Shown: one piece after another, positions 50,968 through 64,000 of the stretch
Position numbering within the stretch: the first letter of the stretch is position 1
How the letters are laid out: each line of letters starts with the position of its first letter
NCBI RefSeq assembly: GCF_902652985.1
Contig: NC_047022.1
Span: 40,734,001-40,798,000 of the forward strand
DNA from: Pecten maximus
Lineage: Eukaryota
DNA length: 64,000 nucleotides
Direction: 5' to 3'
Position numbers and translations under genes: made by a program
The notes under the pieces: model-generated
The model's input: only the letters and a program-made list of their open reading frames with translations
Database searches by the model: none
What the model was told of the DNA's origin: nothing

Positions 50968-52131
50968 TGTTAGCCCACCATCATCAGATGGTGGGCTATT
51001 CAAATCGCCCTGCGTCCGTGGTCCATCCGTCCGTCCCTCCGTCTGTCCGTAAACAATTCTTGTTATCGCTATTTCTGAGAAAGTACAGAAGGGATCTTTC
51101 TCAAATTTCATATGTAGGTTCCCCTTGGTCCCTAGTTATGCATATTGCATTTTGGGACCGATTCGAAAACAAAATGGCCGACAGGCAGCCATCTTGGATT
51201 TTGACCATTGAAGTTTGTAATCGATATTTCTGAGAAAGTACTGAAGGAATCTTTCTCAAATTTCATATGTAGGTTCCCCTTGGTGCCTAGTTATGCATAT
51301 CACATTTTGGGACCGCTCGGAAAACAACATGGCTGACAGGCAGCCATCTTGGATTTTGACAATTGAAGTTTGTTATCGCTATTTCTGAGAAAGCACTGAA
51401 GGGATCCTTCTCAAATTTCATATGCAAAGGTTGCCCTTGGTTCCTAGTTAAGCATATTGCATTTTGGTACTGATCGGAAAACAACATGGCCGACAGGCAG
51501 CCATCTTGGATTTTGATCATTGAAGTTTGTTATCGCTATTTCTGAGAAAGTACTGGAGGGATCTTTGTCAAATTTCATATGTAGGTTGCCCTTGGTCTGT
51601 TGTTATGCATATTGCATTTTGGAACCAATCGGATAACAACATGGCTGACAGGCAGCCATCTTGGATATTGACAGTTGAAGTTTGTTATTGCTATTTCTGA
51701 GAAAGTAACGAAGAGATCTTTCTCAAATTTTATTTGTAGGTTCCCCTTGATCTGTTGTTATGTACATTGCATTTTGGGACCGTTCGGAAAACAACATGGC
51801 CGACAGCCAGCCATCTTGGATTTTGACAATTGAAGTTTGTTATCGCTATTTCTGAGAAAGTACTGAAGGGATCCTTCTCAAATTTCATATGTAGATTCCC
51901 CTTGGTCCGTCGTATTGCATTTTTGGACCAATCTGAAAACATTGTCGACAGACAACCATTATCGCTAAATCTCAAATTTCATATATAAGTTTCCCTTGTT
52001 TAAAAAGCACTGGAGGGATGTTTCTCAATTGATACAGATTAGTAAGAGGAAGGGAGAAAAGATCAATCTGACATGGAACCTATGAAGATCATTCAATGGT
52101 GGGCGCCAAGATCCCTCTGGGATCTCTTGTT
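50968..52131 (+). mobile_element. Complete Helitron/HINE (pearl-like) element with ~156-bp internal tandem array
   Basis: 5' hairpin TAGCCCACCATCATCAGATGGTGGGCTA; GTCC microsatellite; ~5 units with AACATGGCCGACAGGCAGCCATCTTGG; 3' hairpin AGATCCCTCTGGGATCT followed by CTTGTT. Confidence 0.8.
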
Positions 52132-52250
52132 GTAATTTAAAGTGTATTCCTGTTAATTTCTGTCTGTAAGGATATATGTGCAATATAATACACTGAAGTG
52201 TATACATTCGTGTACTGTTTTAGATTTGGTTTGGATTTATTTTGCTACAA

Positions 52251-52365
52251 GGGGCAGCGGTGGCCGAGTGGTTAAGATGTACCATCACTTTATCACTAGC
52301 CCTCCACATCTGGGTCGCAAATTCAAACCCAACAAGTGGGGACAGTTGCCCAAATACAATGATCA
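52251..52365 (+). mobile_element. tRNA-derived SINE head, truncated
   Basis: GGGGCAGCGGTGGCCGAGTGGTTAAG (A box); degenerate B box AATTCAAACC; then GGACAGTTGCC. Confidence 0.65.
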
Positions 52366-52669
52366 TCTACCTGAAAATTAGGCTTAATGATTTTTGCTAA
52401 TCTAGATTAAATTTTATGCTAAATTTTCTTCTGCTTAAATATGAATACATGAGATTGTTGACCAAATAATGTTGCATTTTTATATATCAATCACTCTTTT
52501 ATTACTTTTCATGTGTTTTTGTTCAGTTTGAGATTTGTTTTTTCTTGAATGTTTACATTAGTTTTGCCATTTTAATTTGTAATAATAAACTATTGATGTG
52601 ATTGATCCGGTCTTGTGTTAAATCAGTCAAATGTGACAGAGTTAGTGTAAAAGCTACAGGTGGCTAAGA

Positions 52670-53755
52670 GGCACTGTGGAGTAGTGGTAGGATACAAGGC
52701 TGTGTGATCTAATGGTCACCAGTTGGAGTCCTGGCAATGACACTGCGGTCTAGTGGTAGGATACAGGGTTGTGTGATCCAGGGGTCACCTATTCCAGTCC
52801 TGGTATAGGCTTTGTGGACTAATGGAAGGACACATGGCTTGACCTAAGGATTGCCAGTTTGAGTCACAGCATGGACACTGTGGTCTAGTACACTGGCATC
52901 TGCTTCTGGCTAGTATCTGTAGAAAAAAATATAAGCCCCTCCCTACTCAATATCAATAAGGTATAACACTTGAAGATCAGACGATGCATCGACTATAGAA
53001 CGGTAGTAGGCTATCTATCTTAGAGCTGATTTAAAACGGACAGTCTGATTGGTCAACAACTAAGATGGTATTGTTTACAGGGCTGTTGACTATCGGATTG
53101 CACTCTGCAAAAACTGCTCTAAAATGTATAGCTTAACTTACTACTTCCATTCCACAGTTGATATATTGTCGCCTTTCACAACTACTTTTGGTCTATTTTC
53201 TTATCTTTGAATCATTATGACACGACAAAAGAATAACATGCATTGATATTTAAGGATTCTAATCCAAGGTATGTTACTGACGTTTGTGTACATTCAACAT
53301 TTTAGAGTGATTCGAAGCTCACCCCCACTTCCGACCTTGCAAGTGTTACACATTGTTGATATATTAGAAGTAGAGGCTAATATTTGTTTCTATTAGAATC
53401 TAATACTGGCTAGAAGCAGGCACCTGTATCTAGTAGTAGGATGCAGGGCTGTGTGACCTAAGGGTCAGCAGTTCGAGTCACAGCACAGTGCACCATCACA
53501 GGCACTGTTGTGTAGTGATAAGACACAGGGCTACAAGGTATCTTACTTGGAGGTCGCCAATTTAAAGCTCTGGTCTAAAGGTGGGTTGAAGGGTTGTGTG
53601 ATCTAACGGTCAGCAGTTAGAGTCCTGGCAATGACACTGCAGTCTAGTGGTAGGGTACAGGGTTGTGTGATCTTAGGGTTGCCAGTTTGATTCTCATGAT
53701 CAGTGCATAAGGATGTGTTGCATTCTTGAACAAGATGCATGTACCTTACTCTGCT
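52670..53755 (+). repeat. Tandem array of degenerate tRNA-like (~69 bp) units, SINE-related
   Basis: Repeated GCACTGTGGTCTAGTGGTAGGATACAGGGYTGTGTGATC..GGTCRSCAGTTYGAGTC units with A-box and B-box-like motifs. Confidence 0.6.
52900..53419. mobile_element. ~520-bp MITE inserted in the tRNA-like array
   Basis: TIRs CTGCTTCTGGCTAGTAT / ATACTGGCTAGAAGCAG; flanks GCAT / GCAC. Confidence 0.65.
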
Positions 53756-53761
53756 GTGTTC

Positions 53762-53882
53762 CAGTCAAGTTTCCTCTGGTCCGGACACCAGACTTGGACA
53801 TGTCTGTTGAAGGACCATATTACAGACATCTATTAGTTAGAATGTCCAGGTCTGGTGCCAGGGCTAGAGGAAACTCGGGCTA
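53762..53882. mobile_element. ~120-bp hairpin MITE
   Basis: AGTTTCCTCTGGTCCGGACACCAGACTTGGACAT pairs with ATGTCCAGGTCTGGTGCCAGGGCTAGAGGAAACT. Confidence 0.65.
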
Positions 53883-54195
53883 TAATCATATCTGTCCTGC
53901 GTGGTCATCATGATCTACCTGATGTTTGCTGCACCGCTGTGTACGGCTAGGTCACAGTAGGGGTTACCATTGTATAGTCTCTATTACTACATAATGTACA
54001 ACGAGGTGGGGCGGAGAAGTCCGACGTCCTGCTGTCGCTGTTCGGTGAAATAATTTGGTAGAGGAATCAGATGAGGTACCCGATGTATTCAACAGCGCTC
54101 CATAAACGATATCACAGGGACATGAGAATCTGTTAGTCTACATGTATATGAACCTTCCCTATTGTGTATTGCACATTTTTAGACGTTTTTGGGGT

Positions 54196-54227
<32 letters not shown>

Positions 54228-54777
54228 GGCTAGCTATAGATTAAGAATCAGTAAAAATGACACCTCCGACCGTTGTTCGTAACAAGCATAGTAGAAAGTA
54301 CTCCAAAAATATTAGAGGTTTACACGACAGGAAACTTTTGACAGACTGTCATGTAATATCTACCAATGTAATCAGGTGGAATAAGACCTCATATACATTT
54401 TGTACGTATAGGAGTAAGTAGAAAGACGCCGTAAACTGATAAGTTTTATGCAGTTGACATGTTTTGGATAGCTAGACTATCCGTCATTAGAACAATTTTA
54501 CGTAAGACATTTTCGAGTTAAGGTGCAAATTACGGTTAAAAAAAGTTAACTGCTCTTATCGCGTGATATACAATGAAGATTTTTGGCGGGAAAAGGATAA
54601 CATGCGAGGGTTATTCCTAATGGTAACTGATACGCGATATATAGTAGATGAATAAAATTACATGTATATTATAAAAGGGTAGTAACGTATATATAGTTCC
54701 TATGTAGAGTTTGTGGTTTTTTACGGAGATAATATTCCGTAAATACAATTTTTTGTACAGTAGTGCCACGGGACGCG

Positions 54778-54960
54778 GAAAGTGTTTATCATATTCCGAC
54801 AGGGTGCTGCAAATTCTTCGAATCCTGACGGCTTGACTGAATAGTATACTTTTGATGTTTCGGGTGACACGAGTCGTAGTGTTAATACAGATCCATCGGT
54901 AGGTTTTGTGTAAAGGGATGTTTGGAGTGTGTCGTCTTCTAATTTCAAAGTTATGGAAAA
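54778..54960 (-). mobile_element. Penelope-like RT remnant
   Basis: Minus-strand frameshifted translation KLEDDTLQTSLYTKPTD..HYDSCHPKH..SQAVRIRRICS, typical of the Penelope RT thumb region. Confidence 0.75.
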
Positions 54961-55244
54961 AAAATTGTTATTTTTCGCAGTTCTGGCAATTTACCTAATA
55001 CCATTAGATGGTAATCACTATTATGATGGAAAGAGATTGAAATTGTTAATTAATTTCGCTATCTAGGTGTCCCATAACTCCGCATGTTTAGTCAACAATG
55101 TTGAAAATGCGTGTACCGAATTATGAATACATAATGTAATGACAATTTTTAAACTAAATTTCATGTACATGTATTTGGCATTTATATTGAACAAGTGTAT
55201 TTAAGGACTGAATGTTGCTTTGTTCGATTTCATTGGGTGATGAA

Positions 55245-55335
55245 TTGAGTTGCTCTTGAGGCATGTTGAATTTGTCTCAAAAGCAGAGCTGAGTTGATTT
55301 TTAGACAAATTCAACATGTCTCAAGAGCAACTCAA
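55245..55335. repeat. Near-perfect inverted repeat (~36-bp arms)
   Basis: TTGAGTTGCTCTTGAGGCATGTTGAATTTGTCT ... AGACAAATTCAACATGTCTCAAGAGCAACTCAA. Confidence 0.9.
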
Positions 55336-55924
55336 CACAGTAACCCGAAAACAATATAAAAAATAGCATGATTTAATTAAAATACTAAGTGTGTCGTTGA
55401 ATTCAAAATTTATAATAAAAACGCGTTCTGACATATTAGCATAGACATAGGTATTGTTAGTATGTTTATATTATATCAGCATAAATAGCGGCGGTATTTT
55501 CACCATGACAATTAAATACCTCAAAACATTTTCCAAAATGAGGGCATCGCTCTACTGTCGTAAACTGTAATGTGGCGCAAAACGAACTTTTTCATCTGGA
55601 ATCCAAATGGTATCACTTTGACGGAATCTAAATAGCGAGTAATCCCGATCATCCCCGTGAGTATTATGACTGATACTTGCATGTTTCCACTAGTGGATGT
55701 GGTCAAATGCTTTTAGATATTGTTAAAATGAAAGGTTGGAAGAATCTATTTTTTTTTCTGTCTGGACCTGTATATTAAAGTACGAACACACCCAAATTAT
55801 TGTAGTTATACGAACGCGCCAAGGTGACCTCTGAACGCGTCCTCCAGGTGGCGCAACATTCGAGGAAAGCGGCGCATTGTTTGAAAATATTGTTTAAATA
55901 TATTTTAAACTAAAAGCACTGAAA

Positions 55925-58900
55925 ATGGTCCCTGTTTTTGATGTGATACGAGCATTAGCTCTCGTGGTAGGGTTTGCAGTCAGTCAAGTGGACAGGAAGA
56001 CTGCTATGTTTGCAGATATGGTATTCACATCATGGCTCGGAGTCGGAACGATCCTCTTTCCACAATTTTTCATGGGTCAGCAGGTGCGTTGTCTCTAATA
56101 TTGTTAAGTGGTGCTGTAGTATATCTGCTACTCTTTCACAATTTGAATAGTGGCTAATTGTATCAATTATGCCAATGCTGTCAACTGGATAGAAGCTAAA
56201 GGAAACACTTCTCAGTTATTGACCTGTCAGCCTTTGGAAGTCCTCAGGCTCAGCGCGTCGGATCAATGCAGAAACCGTTTTCCAATTTGTTACATATTAA
56301 GAATAAGAACAATAATTCACAAAGTCTATGTACATTGCACCAAAGTGATGTAATTTTATTGTAATGGACATAGAGGCTACCAGCTATCATGATTTATCCT
56401 AATAAATATAACGTGTTTATCATTACAGCTGTACAGTGACAAAACTATCAAGGATCCGGATAATATCTTAATGTACCGCATGTTTGGTGTCAGTATTTTG
56501 GCTCCCATGTTGATGTGGTACTCCTGCAGAAAGTCCAGAGATGACAGTGTCATTGGAGCTATGCTTTGGTCAAGATCATTGGTAAACCACTAAATGTAGT
56601 CTTATCCGAGTACAATTTTCTCTATATGACGATGAAATGGAAAATTGCTTAGCATGTTCTTATGTCTATGACATTTTATAATTTAATATTTGTGAACCAG
56701 ACTGAGAACATAATATGTTTTTTTTTTCGACTCACTTTTTCTCAGAAGAATGCTTAAAATGACGCACAGTATAGAAATTTGTACCTAAACACCAGATGAC
56801 AACAAAAAATACTAATTGAGTCCTAATCCAATAGTGGCAATACTATATAGCTAGTAATTAATATTATAATATTCACTTTGAATCTGCCGTAAGAGGTATA
56901 AACTTTTGGATGATGGTATTAGATTTTGGTAACTTTTGGTAATGTTTGAATATATAATAATTATATTTATATATATACAACAGTCCAATGGTGTTTTCAT
57001 AAGTTATAGATCATTAATACTCTTTGTCAGTGATAAAGCAACTTTGAAAAGCTGTTGTTATAACTGTGTTCTGTATTGACAGGGGTTGTTCCCACTGCTG
57101 ATGGTGCTGCTGTACGGACACTTCACCTACTCCAAGACTTTCATCGACCGAGTGAGTGTAATAGTGATGACTGATCAGTCATCAAAAGAGGACTTAATCA
57201 TTAATTGTAAAGTTTAGGTCTAAAAAATACAAGTTTCTGCTAACATGTCTGAAAAAATGGTGTAGGTAGGTTGAGTAGTTTTTGACGAAGATTATATAGA
57301 CAAGGAATCTAATTAAGAGTCATTCCTTTAACTTAAAAAATAGGGTTGGTTAGGTTAGTGGACACAGGATATTTTTAGGCATCAATTTTGTGTATGAAAT
57401 TTTACATGTTTTCACAAGGCAAAGTGTTGCAGTGTATGAGTCGAGTCTTATTTTAGGTCTGTAAGCAACAAACTTTATCACTATTGTTCAACTCTATTTG
57501 TCAATATTGTGGTATTATATGATATGGGTTTGGTGTTGTATGGTAAAGTGTTTTTTAAGCTGCTGCTTCTTTAAGGCTAGGACTGAGCAAAACAAAATTG
57601 TCCTGACAATAGCTATGATATGTCATATATAATGATAGTAAGTAAGATATATACACATGTATTTGGTACTCAAAACATGGTGGAGTCTTACAAGGAAATG
57701 AACAAGATTATTCATGAAATCATTTTTGTATTTAAACCGAGATTTTGTGATACGTATAATGCTGAAGCAAAATGATCATTTCTTGATTCTATAACATTAT
57801 TCTATAACACAGGACACATATATTTCTAGCGATTAATTAGTAAAAGTGTTATTTCCATCATGTTTGCTAGCATGTTCCCCCCTAATTGTTCCTTCATTTT
57901 GTTTTGTAGCACATGTGGTTCTTCATTCTGTTTGTTGGCTGTATCTGGGTGTCCAATGTTATCCAGCTGATGAGAACAAAACCATCTGTTGGTAGACGAG
58001 AACAGAAGGGACCAGTCAGTGTGATTCTACGACTTGATTTCCTTATTCTGTTTCTTGTAGGATTGGGAGGAATGGCTTTCCCCAAGCAAGCACTTAGTTT
58101 TATAGTGAGTATTTGATACTTACTCCATTGAACAAGTATATCATACATTGATAAGGGACATTGTATAGTATGTGCAGTCTGAAAGTGTACAGGAGGTTGA
58201 TGAAAATGGTCCCCAACCCATCCATCCATATGCCAATTAAAGCGACTATACTAATTAGATTTCATACTCATTAAAAAGTAAAATGGGTTTAAAATATATA
58301 TAGCAATACATCGTCTATACCGTAATAATTGTTGTATAAATATATGTTGCAGGTTTTGCATCACTGTTTTCCAAGTTGATGTTTGTAAATAATGCTAGAA
58401 AGAGAATGTAAAATGGAGTAAGTCATTGTAAACTGGAGTTAGTCATGTGGATACATTACATGGTTACCGACAATTTTGATTTTCCACATTTAAGGGAAAG
58501 TCTTAGTTATATGATACATTTTTATGCCTGATTATATTTTCCAACAGTATTAGCCTGTTTCAATTATAGTCACTATAAGTGGTAATACAGGATCTGTATG
58601 ATACTTCAATGCTTAGGTGCTGCTATATCCTTGCTTCACCATTTGTACATAATCATTAAAAAGTGCCGTTCTTCGATTTTGATAGATTAGGTTTCTATTT
58701 TAAGTATTTAATATCGGGTCACTATTTCTGACAAAAATGTATTGGTCTGTGTGGATTTTAAACATCTGTCTTGCTATTTCTCACAAAATATTAAGTGTGA
58801 CAGTTAACCTTGAACTTCATATGTAGTAGTTTCCTTGATCTGATATTGTGCATTTTAAGCTGTATCTAATTATGAAAATTCTTTTGGAAATGGCCTCTGG

Positions 58901-61900
58901 ATAATTTAAATGTGAAAAAAATTATGGCAAGCAACTTCCTTTAACTATATATATATAAGAATGATAATATATTTTAAGAATATAACAGATAATAACCAGT
59001 TTATTAATTAAAGAAAAGATGGAAAAAACCCAAGAATATTTAATTTTCTTTAAAGATATAGCACTATTAAATGAAGATCATGATGGACACCAAGTTTCAT
59101 CACTGTAGGATGTTTGTATTTGATACACTAATGAGAGAAACACATTTTATTTCATTGTCAATGAGTCTCCTGTCTGTACAGTGCAGTAGAAAGAGAAAAA
59201 ATTGTATCCAAACTCCTATGGTGTCGTCTAAGTATGCCTGCTATGAGATTACATATGAACATCTATATAACTGAACAAATAGCATGTCCCCTCAGTAGTG
59301 TGTATGTGAAGTGTACTAATCTAAAGTGCATTCAATGTAATAGGTTAATACTTTGTATCCACTTCCAGATATTTGAACCAAAGAACTTCCAGCTGCACTT
59401 GGAGCGTATGTCTGCTGCCGTTGCATTCAGTCAGATTTTCCTGGCTTGGTTTGCCCCAAGTTTCAGAGATAATGAAGACAGGAGGAGACTTTTCTGCATG
59501 CAACTTACGGTAAAGCATTCTTATGTTACAAAAATATTACTAGTTTTGAGTTAATATTCTATATTGGTAGCAGTGGTGTCATTTATAACACACGTGTGAT
59601 ATCAACATCCTCCATCAGCTCATTCTCCTACTCCAATATCATTGGACCCTCGAGAGAAAGTCTCGCTTGCATATTAAAACAGTCAGTATCTTATACAATT
59701 ACATACAATATAATATGTTTTGATAATCAAGGCAGCATTCATTATTATACCTGAAAGGAGTCCAGGTGTTTGGCTGACCATATATACCCAGATAGTGACA
59801 ATGCTGGGTCAGTTGATAATTTACCTGTATCACCACTGTATTAATGTAAACAGTTGCCAAGCGCACATGATGCCTCCACTGTACACTGGATGAAAACAAA
59901 GTTGATGGCAGTTTATATAGAGTTGATTTCAATACTAGTGTAAAGAGAGAACAGGACTTAGTAATATGGCCAGTTTATAGGCTAGAGTCTGGATAAGGCC
60001 GAGTCAAACTATTATAGATAATGAAAGAATTGAAATTTTAGATTTTTGAACTGGTTTACACTAATATCAAGATGGAACAGATTCTGTTTTAGGCAAGAGT
60101 TCATTGTGTGGATCTAAGAAAGTTATTTGCTCTGAACCCCAGCGGGGCATTTATGCAGTACTGTAAACATGTTTTGATTCTGAAATCTCAGGGATCTAAT
60201 TCTTTGAAAATAATTTAATAGAAAAAAACGTGTTGATATAAAACACTTCAAAACACCTCAATACATGTTGATATTAAACACCTCAATACATGTTGATATT
60301 AAACACCTCGATACATGTTGATATTAAACACCTCAATACATGTTGATATTAAACACCTCGATACATGTTGATATGAAACACCTCAATACATGTTGATATT
60401 AAACACCTCAATACATGTTGATATTAAACACCTCAATACATGTTGATATTAAACACCACAATACATGTTGATATTAAACACCTCAATACATGTTGATATG
60501 AAACACCTCAATACATGTTGATATTGATTAAACACCTCAATACATGTTGATATTAAACACCTCAATACATGTTGATATTAAACACCTCAATACATGTTGA
60601 TATTAAACACCTCAATACATGTTGATATGAAACACCTCAATACATGTTGATATTAATTAAACACCTCAATACATGTTGATATTAAACACCTCAATACATG
60701 TTGATATTAAACACCTCAATACATGTTGATATTAAACACCTCAATACATGTTGATATTAAACACCTCAATACTTGTTGATATTAAACACTTCAAAACACC
60801 TCAATACATGTTGATATTAAACACCTCAATACATGTTGATATTAAACACCTCAATACATGTTGATATTAAACACTTCAAAACATGTTGATATTAAACACC
60901 TCAATACATGTTGATATTAAACACCTCAATGCATGTTGATATTAAACACCACAATACATGTTGATATTAAACACCTCAATACATGTTGATATTAAACACC
61001 TCAATACATGTTGATATTAAACACCTCGATACATGTTGATATTAAACACCACAATACATGTTGATATTAAACACTTCAATATATGTTGATATGAAACACC
61101 TCAATACATGTTGATATTAAACACTTCAAAACACCTCAATACATGTTGATATTAAACACTTCAATATATGTTGATATGAAACACCACAAAACATGTTGAT
61201 ATTAAACACCTCAAAACATGTTGATATTAAACACCTCAATACATGTTGATATTAAACACCTCAATACATGTTGATATTAAACACTTCAAAACACCTCAAT
61301 GCGTGTCGATATTAAACACCTCAATACATGTTGATATTAAACACCACAATACATGTTGATATTAAACACCACAATACATGTTGATATTAAACACCTCAAT
61401 ACATGTTGATATTAAACACCTCAATACATGTTGATATTAAACACCTCAATACATGTTGATATTAAACACCTCAAAACATGTTGATATTAAACACTTCAAT
61501 ACATGTTAATATTAAACACTTCAATACATGTTATTAAACACCTCAATACATGTTGATATTAAACACCTCAATACATGTTGATATTAAACACTTCAATACA
61601 TGTTATTAAACACCTCAAAACATGTTGATATTAAACACCTCAATATATGTTGATAAATCATAGGATCTGAAAGTGTTGATAATACTCAAGACATTAGAAG
61701 AGCAAATAGCTTGTACAAATATTCATGCAATGTCCTTTACCCAACTCATTTGAACAGTTAGTAAGTTCTTATTACAAATTGGTATAATTTCTGGCTATTT
61801 TCAATTGTACAGAGATAAAATCTTGCCTTTATTTCCAGGGACTGTTTCTTACCCTTGGATGTTGGGCTTGTGCCTTCTATGATGGGACGCTCAATGCTGA

Positions 61901-62027
61901 ACGGTTAAGGGTGTGTCTGTTTTACTGTATACCCTCTGTGCTGCCTGCTGCTGGTCTCTACTACTTGTCTGAGGAAAATCAGTCCTTGACGTCCAAGACA
62001 TACTTCACAAGGTCAAAGGCATCGTAG
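55925..62027 (+). CDS. Uncharacterised polytopic membrane protein B (~301 aa), paralog of A; possibly TP53I11-like
   Basis: Exons 55925-56083, 56429-56581, 57083-57151, 57910-58104, 59369-59509, 61839-62027. All GT-AG, phase 0. The 69-nt and 141-nt exons match gene A in size. Shared motifs ADxVFT, RxFG, CRxSxD..AxLWSR, GHF, HxWF, MAFP, LH..R, WFxPxF. Confidence 0.88.
60228..61657. repeat. 25-bp minisatellite (AATACATGTTGATATTAAACACCTC) in the last intron of gene B
   Basis: Direct tandem repetition, about 55 copies. Confidence 0.95.
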
Positions 62028-64000
62028 TGTGACAACGAAAGCTTGCAGATGTATGTCTCCCCACCTTCCTGCTTCAGTTTCTGAATTTGACTGTTTTGTA
62101 AATCCCCATGTGCATGTTTGATAATGAATCAAAGTGAGATGTTCTGGAGTGGAATGTGTGTAGGAACAAATACGTTTATGTAGATTGATGGCTGTTCTTT
62201 CTACAGAAGTCTTGCATTCACTTCATTTGTGAACTCTAACTAACAAATGGAACATTGTAATCATTCTAAAAAACTTCAATTAAGGTGATAGAAATCTGAG
62301 GGAGATAACTCTAAGTCTGGAAGGAAAATATCTGAGGGAGATAACTCTAAGTCTGGAAGGAAAATGGAAATTTTAGTACATAGCTTTATACATTTATGTT
62401 CAAATAACTATAAATGCATATAAAGTAAGTTATATTAGAGATTTGAAGTTAGTTAATATAAGTAAATATCATTCATTCTTCATTGGGAGACAAACAACCA
62501 AACCTGGTGCTATTTTAAGTAGCATCAGTATGAAAAGGCAGCATTCATTGTTCTACAAGTGCAATTTTTTATATTCTGGGGACATTTTTTTTCTGTAAAT
62601 ATGTACACTGATTTTTTTTTACAATCTTTACACTTTTTGTTGTCTGCCCTGATAGCCCAGGTAGTTAATTCATAGTTGACATACACCTACAAGGTAACAT
62701 GCCTGGATTGTCACAGTTGTTTCTAATTTCTGATGACAGATAGCAGGTATATCTGCGGGGGTGATACATAGCCTCATGAAATTGTTAACTTTTGAAGGGT
62801 GTGTGTTTTAACATATTTTTTTAGCCGTAGGAGATTTAAATGCGTGATATAACCACACAAAGTGCATTGTATGTTCTCTGTTCTGATCAGTGCTGCCAAT
62901 TACATGATCTGTGTGCAGGCATCAATTTGTAAATAAAAGAATCATATTCATTTACTTTTAATATAACTGATCAAGTACATTTTAACATGATATTACTTAG
63001 TTTGACATATAATGAAATCAGAACATGTTGTTCTTTTATACCATTAGCCTGGTAGGTACGAAAAGGAAAACTTTTTTCTTACTGAATGTTTCAAGAGTAT
63101 ATACTTCAATTGAAGTTAAATTAGTTGTATTGCTCTTTTAAGATAGAGTATACATGGTCTTGTTATATCAGGTCTCCTTTCAGATTGTCCAAGTAAATAT
63201 TAACAAACAGTAACATGAACATTTGATTTTCACAGCTACAATGTATTTGATGACAGATAATTGTGGTGGTGAAGTCACCTGAAGTTTACTTAGTAGGAGT
63301 AAATGCAATGTGTTATAATGTATTTGTATCCATTTATCAACCTCATCCAGTTTGTATCAGAGATACATGTATGAAATCATTTTGACAATTTTGCTATATT
63401 TTTTATCAAATATATTATACAATGGTGTATCTGATGCAATAAAGGATTAGTAGATTTGTGATTTGTCTTGATGCATTCTGTTAGTGGTTTAAACTAGAAT
63501 TCCACAGAAGTGGATACCAGGTATATCTCCTGTGCCCACTATATATTAGGAATAGTATTATAGCTGTGCTTTCTGTTGTTGGTTTACACAACATGAGGTC
63601 ACATATATTTAGGTGGTGTCGTGTGTGACAGCACATGATAGATGATGGAAGTAGTATAACTCAGCAATAAATGGAATATGACACAGGGATTGAACTCAAC
63701 TGTAACTCATCATAATAGTGTCATGTTACATACTTATGTGGCAATCATTACCAAAAAAAATCCTATATGCAAATTTTCATAAATCAAACAAAAAGTGTAA
63801 TATTGACGGTGAGAACTCCATTTGTAATCCATGTTGGTTAAGGTGGAGCTTGGACTCAAAAGGACCATAGTTACAGTAACTATGACAACAATAAAAACAG
63901 TGTTATACACTGTATGGGTATAGGTGTACTGGTAATGCAGAAGAGATTCAGAAAGGGTTTTTAGACAACATGACGGACAGGATAATCCAGTAGAGTATAT

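Noticed and set aside
52251-53500. Functional tRNA genes
   Set aside because: The cloverleafs are degenerate and the anticodon arms unclear. An encoded CCA and SINE-like tails point to retroposed derivatives.
54194-54228. Poly-T/poly-G tract as a G-quadruplex element
   Set aside because: A simple homopolymer of unreliable length, with no supporting context.

Overview
AT-rich, repeat-dense animal genomic DNA. The repeat families (Helitron/HINE-like, CR1, Penelope, Gypsy) and frequent TACATGTA suggest a bivalve mollusc (inference). Four host genes were reconstructed by hand: (1) an intronless class A peptide-type GPCR (14763-15809, -); (2) a 12-exon, ~586-aa calpain (32126-44903, -) with an intact catalytic triad and CBSW domain, no penta-EF-hand, and an N-myristoylation-type N-terminus; (3, 4) two paralogous polytopic membrane proteins with 6 coding exons each (45564-48569 and 55925-62027, +), the first head-to-head with the calpain. 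The first 14 kb is nested mobile DNA. A Gypsy remnant is split by a Ginger1-like non-autonomous fold-back element with a CCGG target-site duplication (TSD), and a young non-coding LTR element sits inside a dead LINE inside an old long inverted repeat. A near full-length CR1-group LINE with a 2A-like motif lies at ~21-25 kb. The most unusual structure is a ~40-copy 34-bp minisatellite in calpain intron 9 derived from the exon-9/donor junction. Each unit reads as an abutting mini-intron whose donor lies in a hairpin with a U1-like sequence. All gene models and counts are manual and need RNA-seq or computational confirmation.
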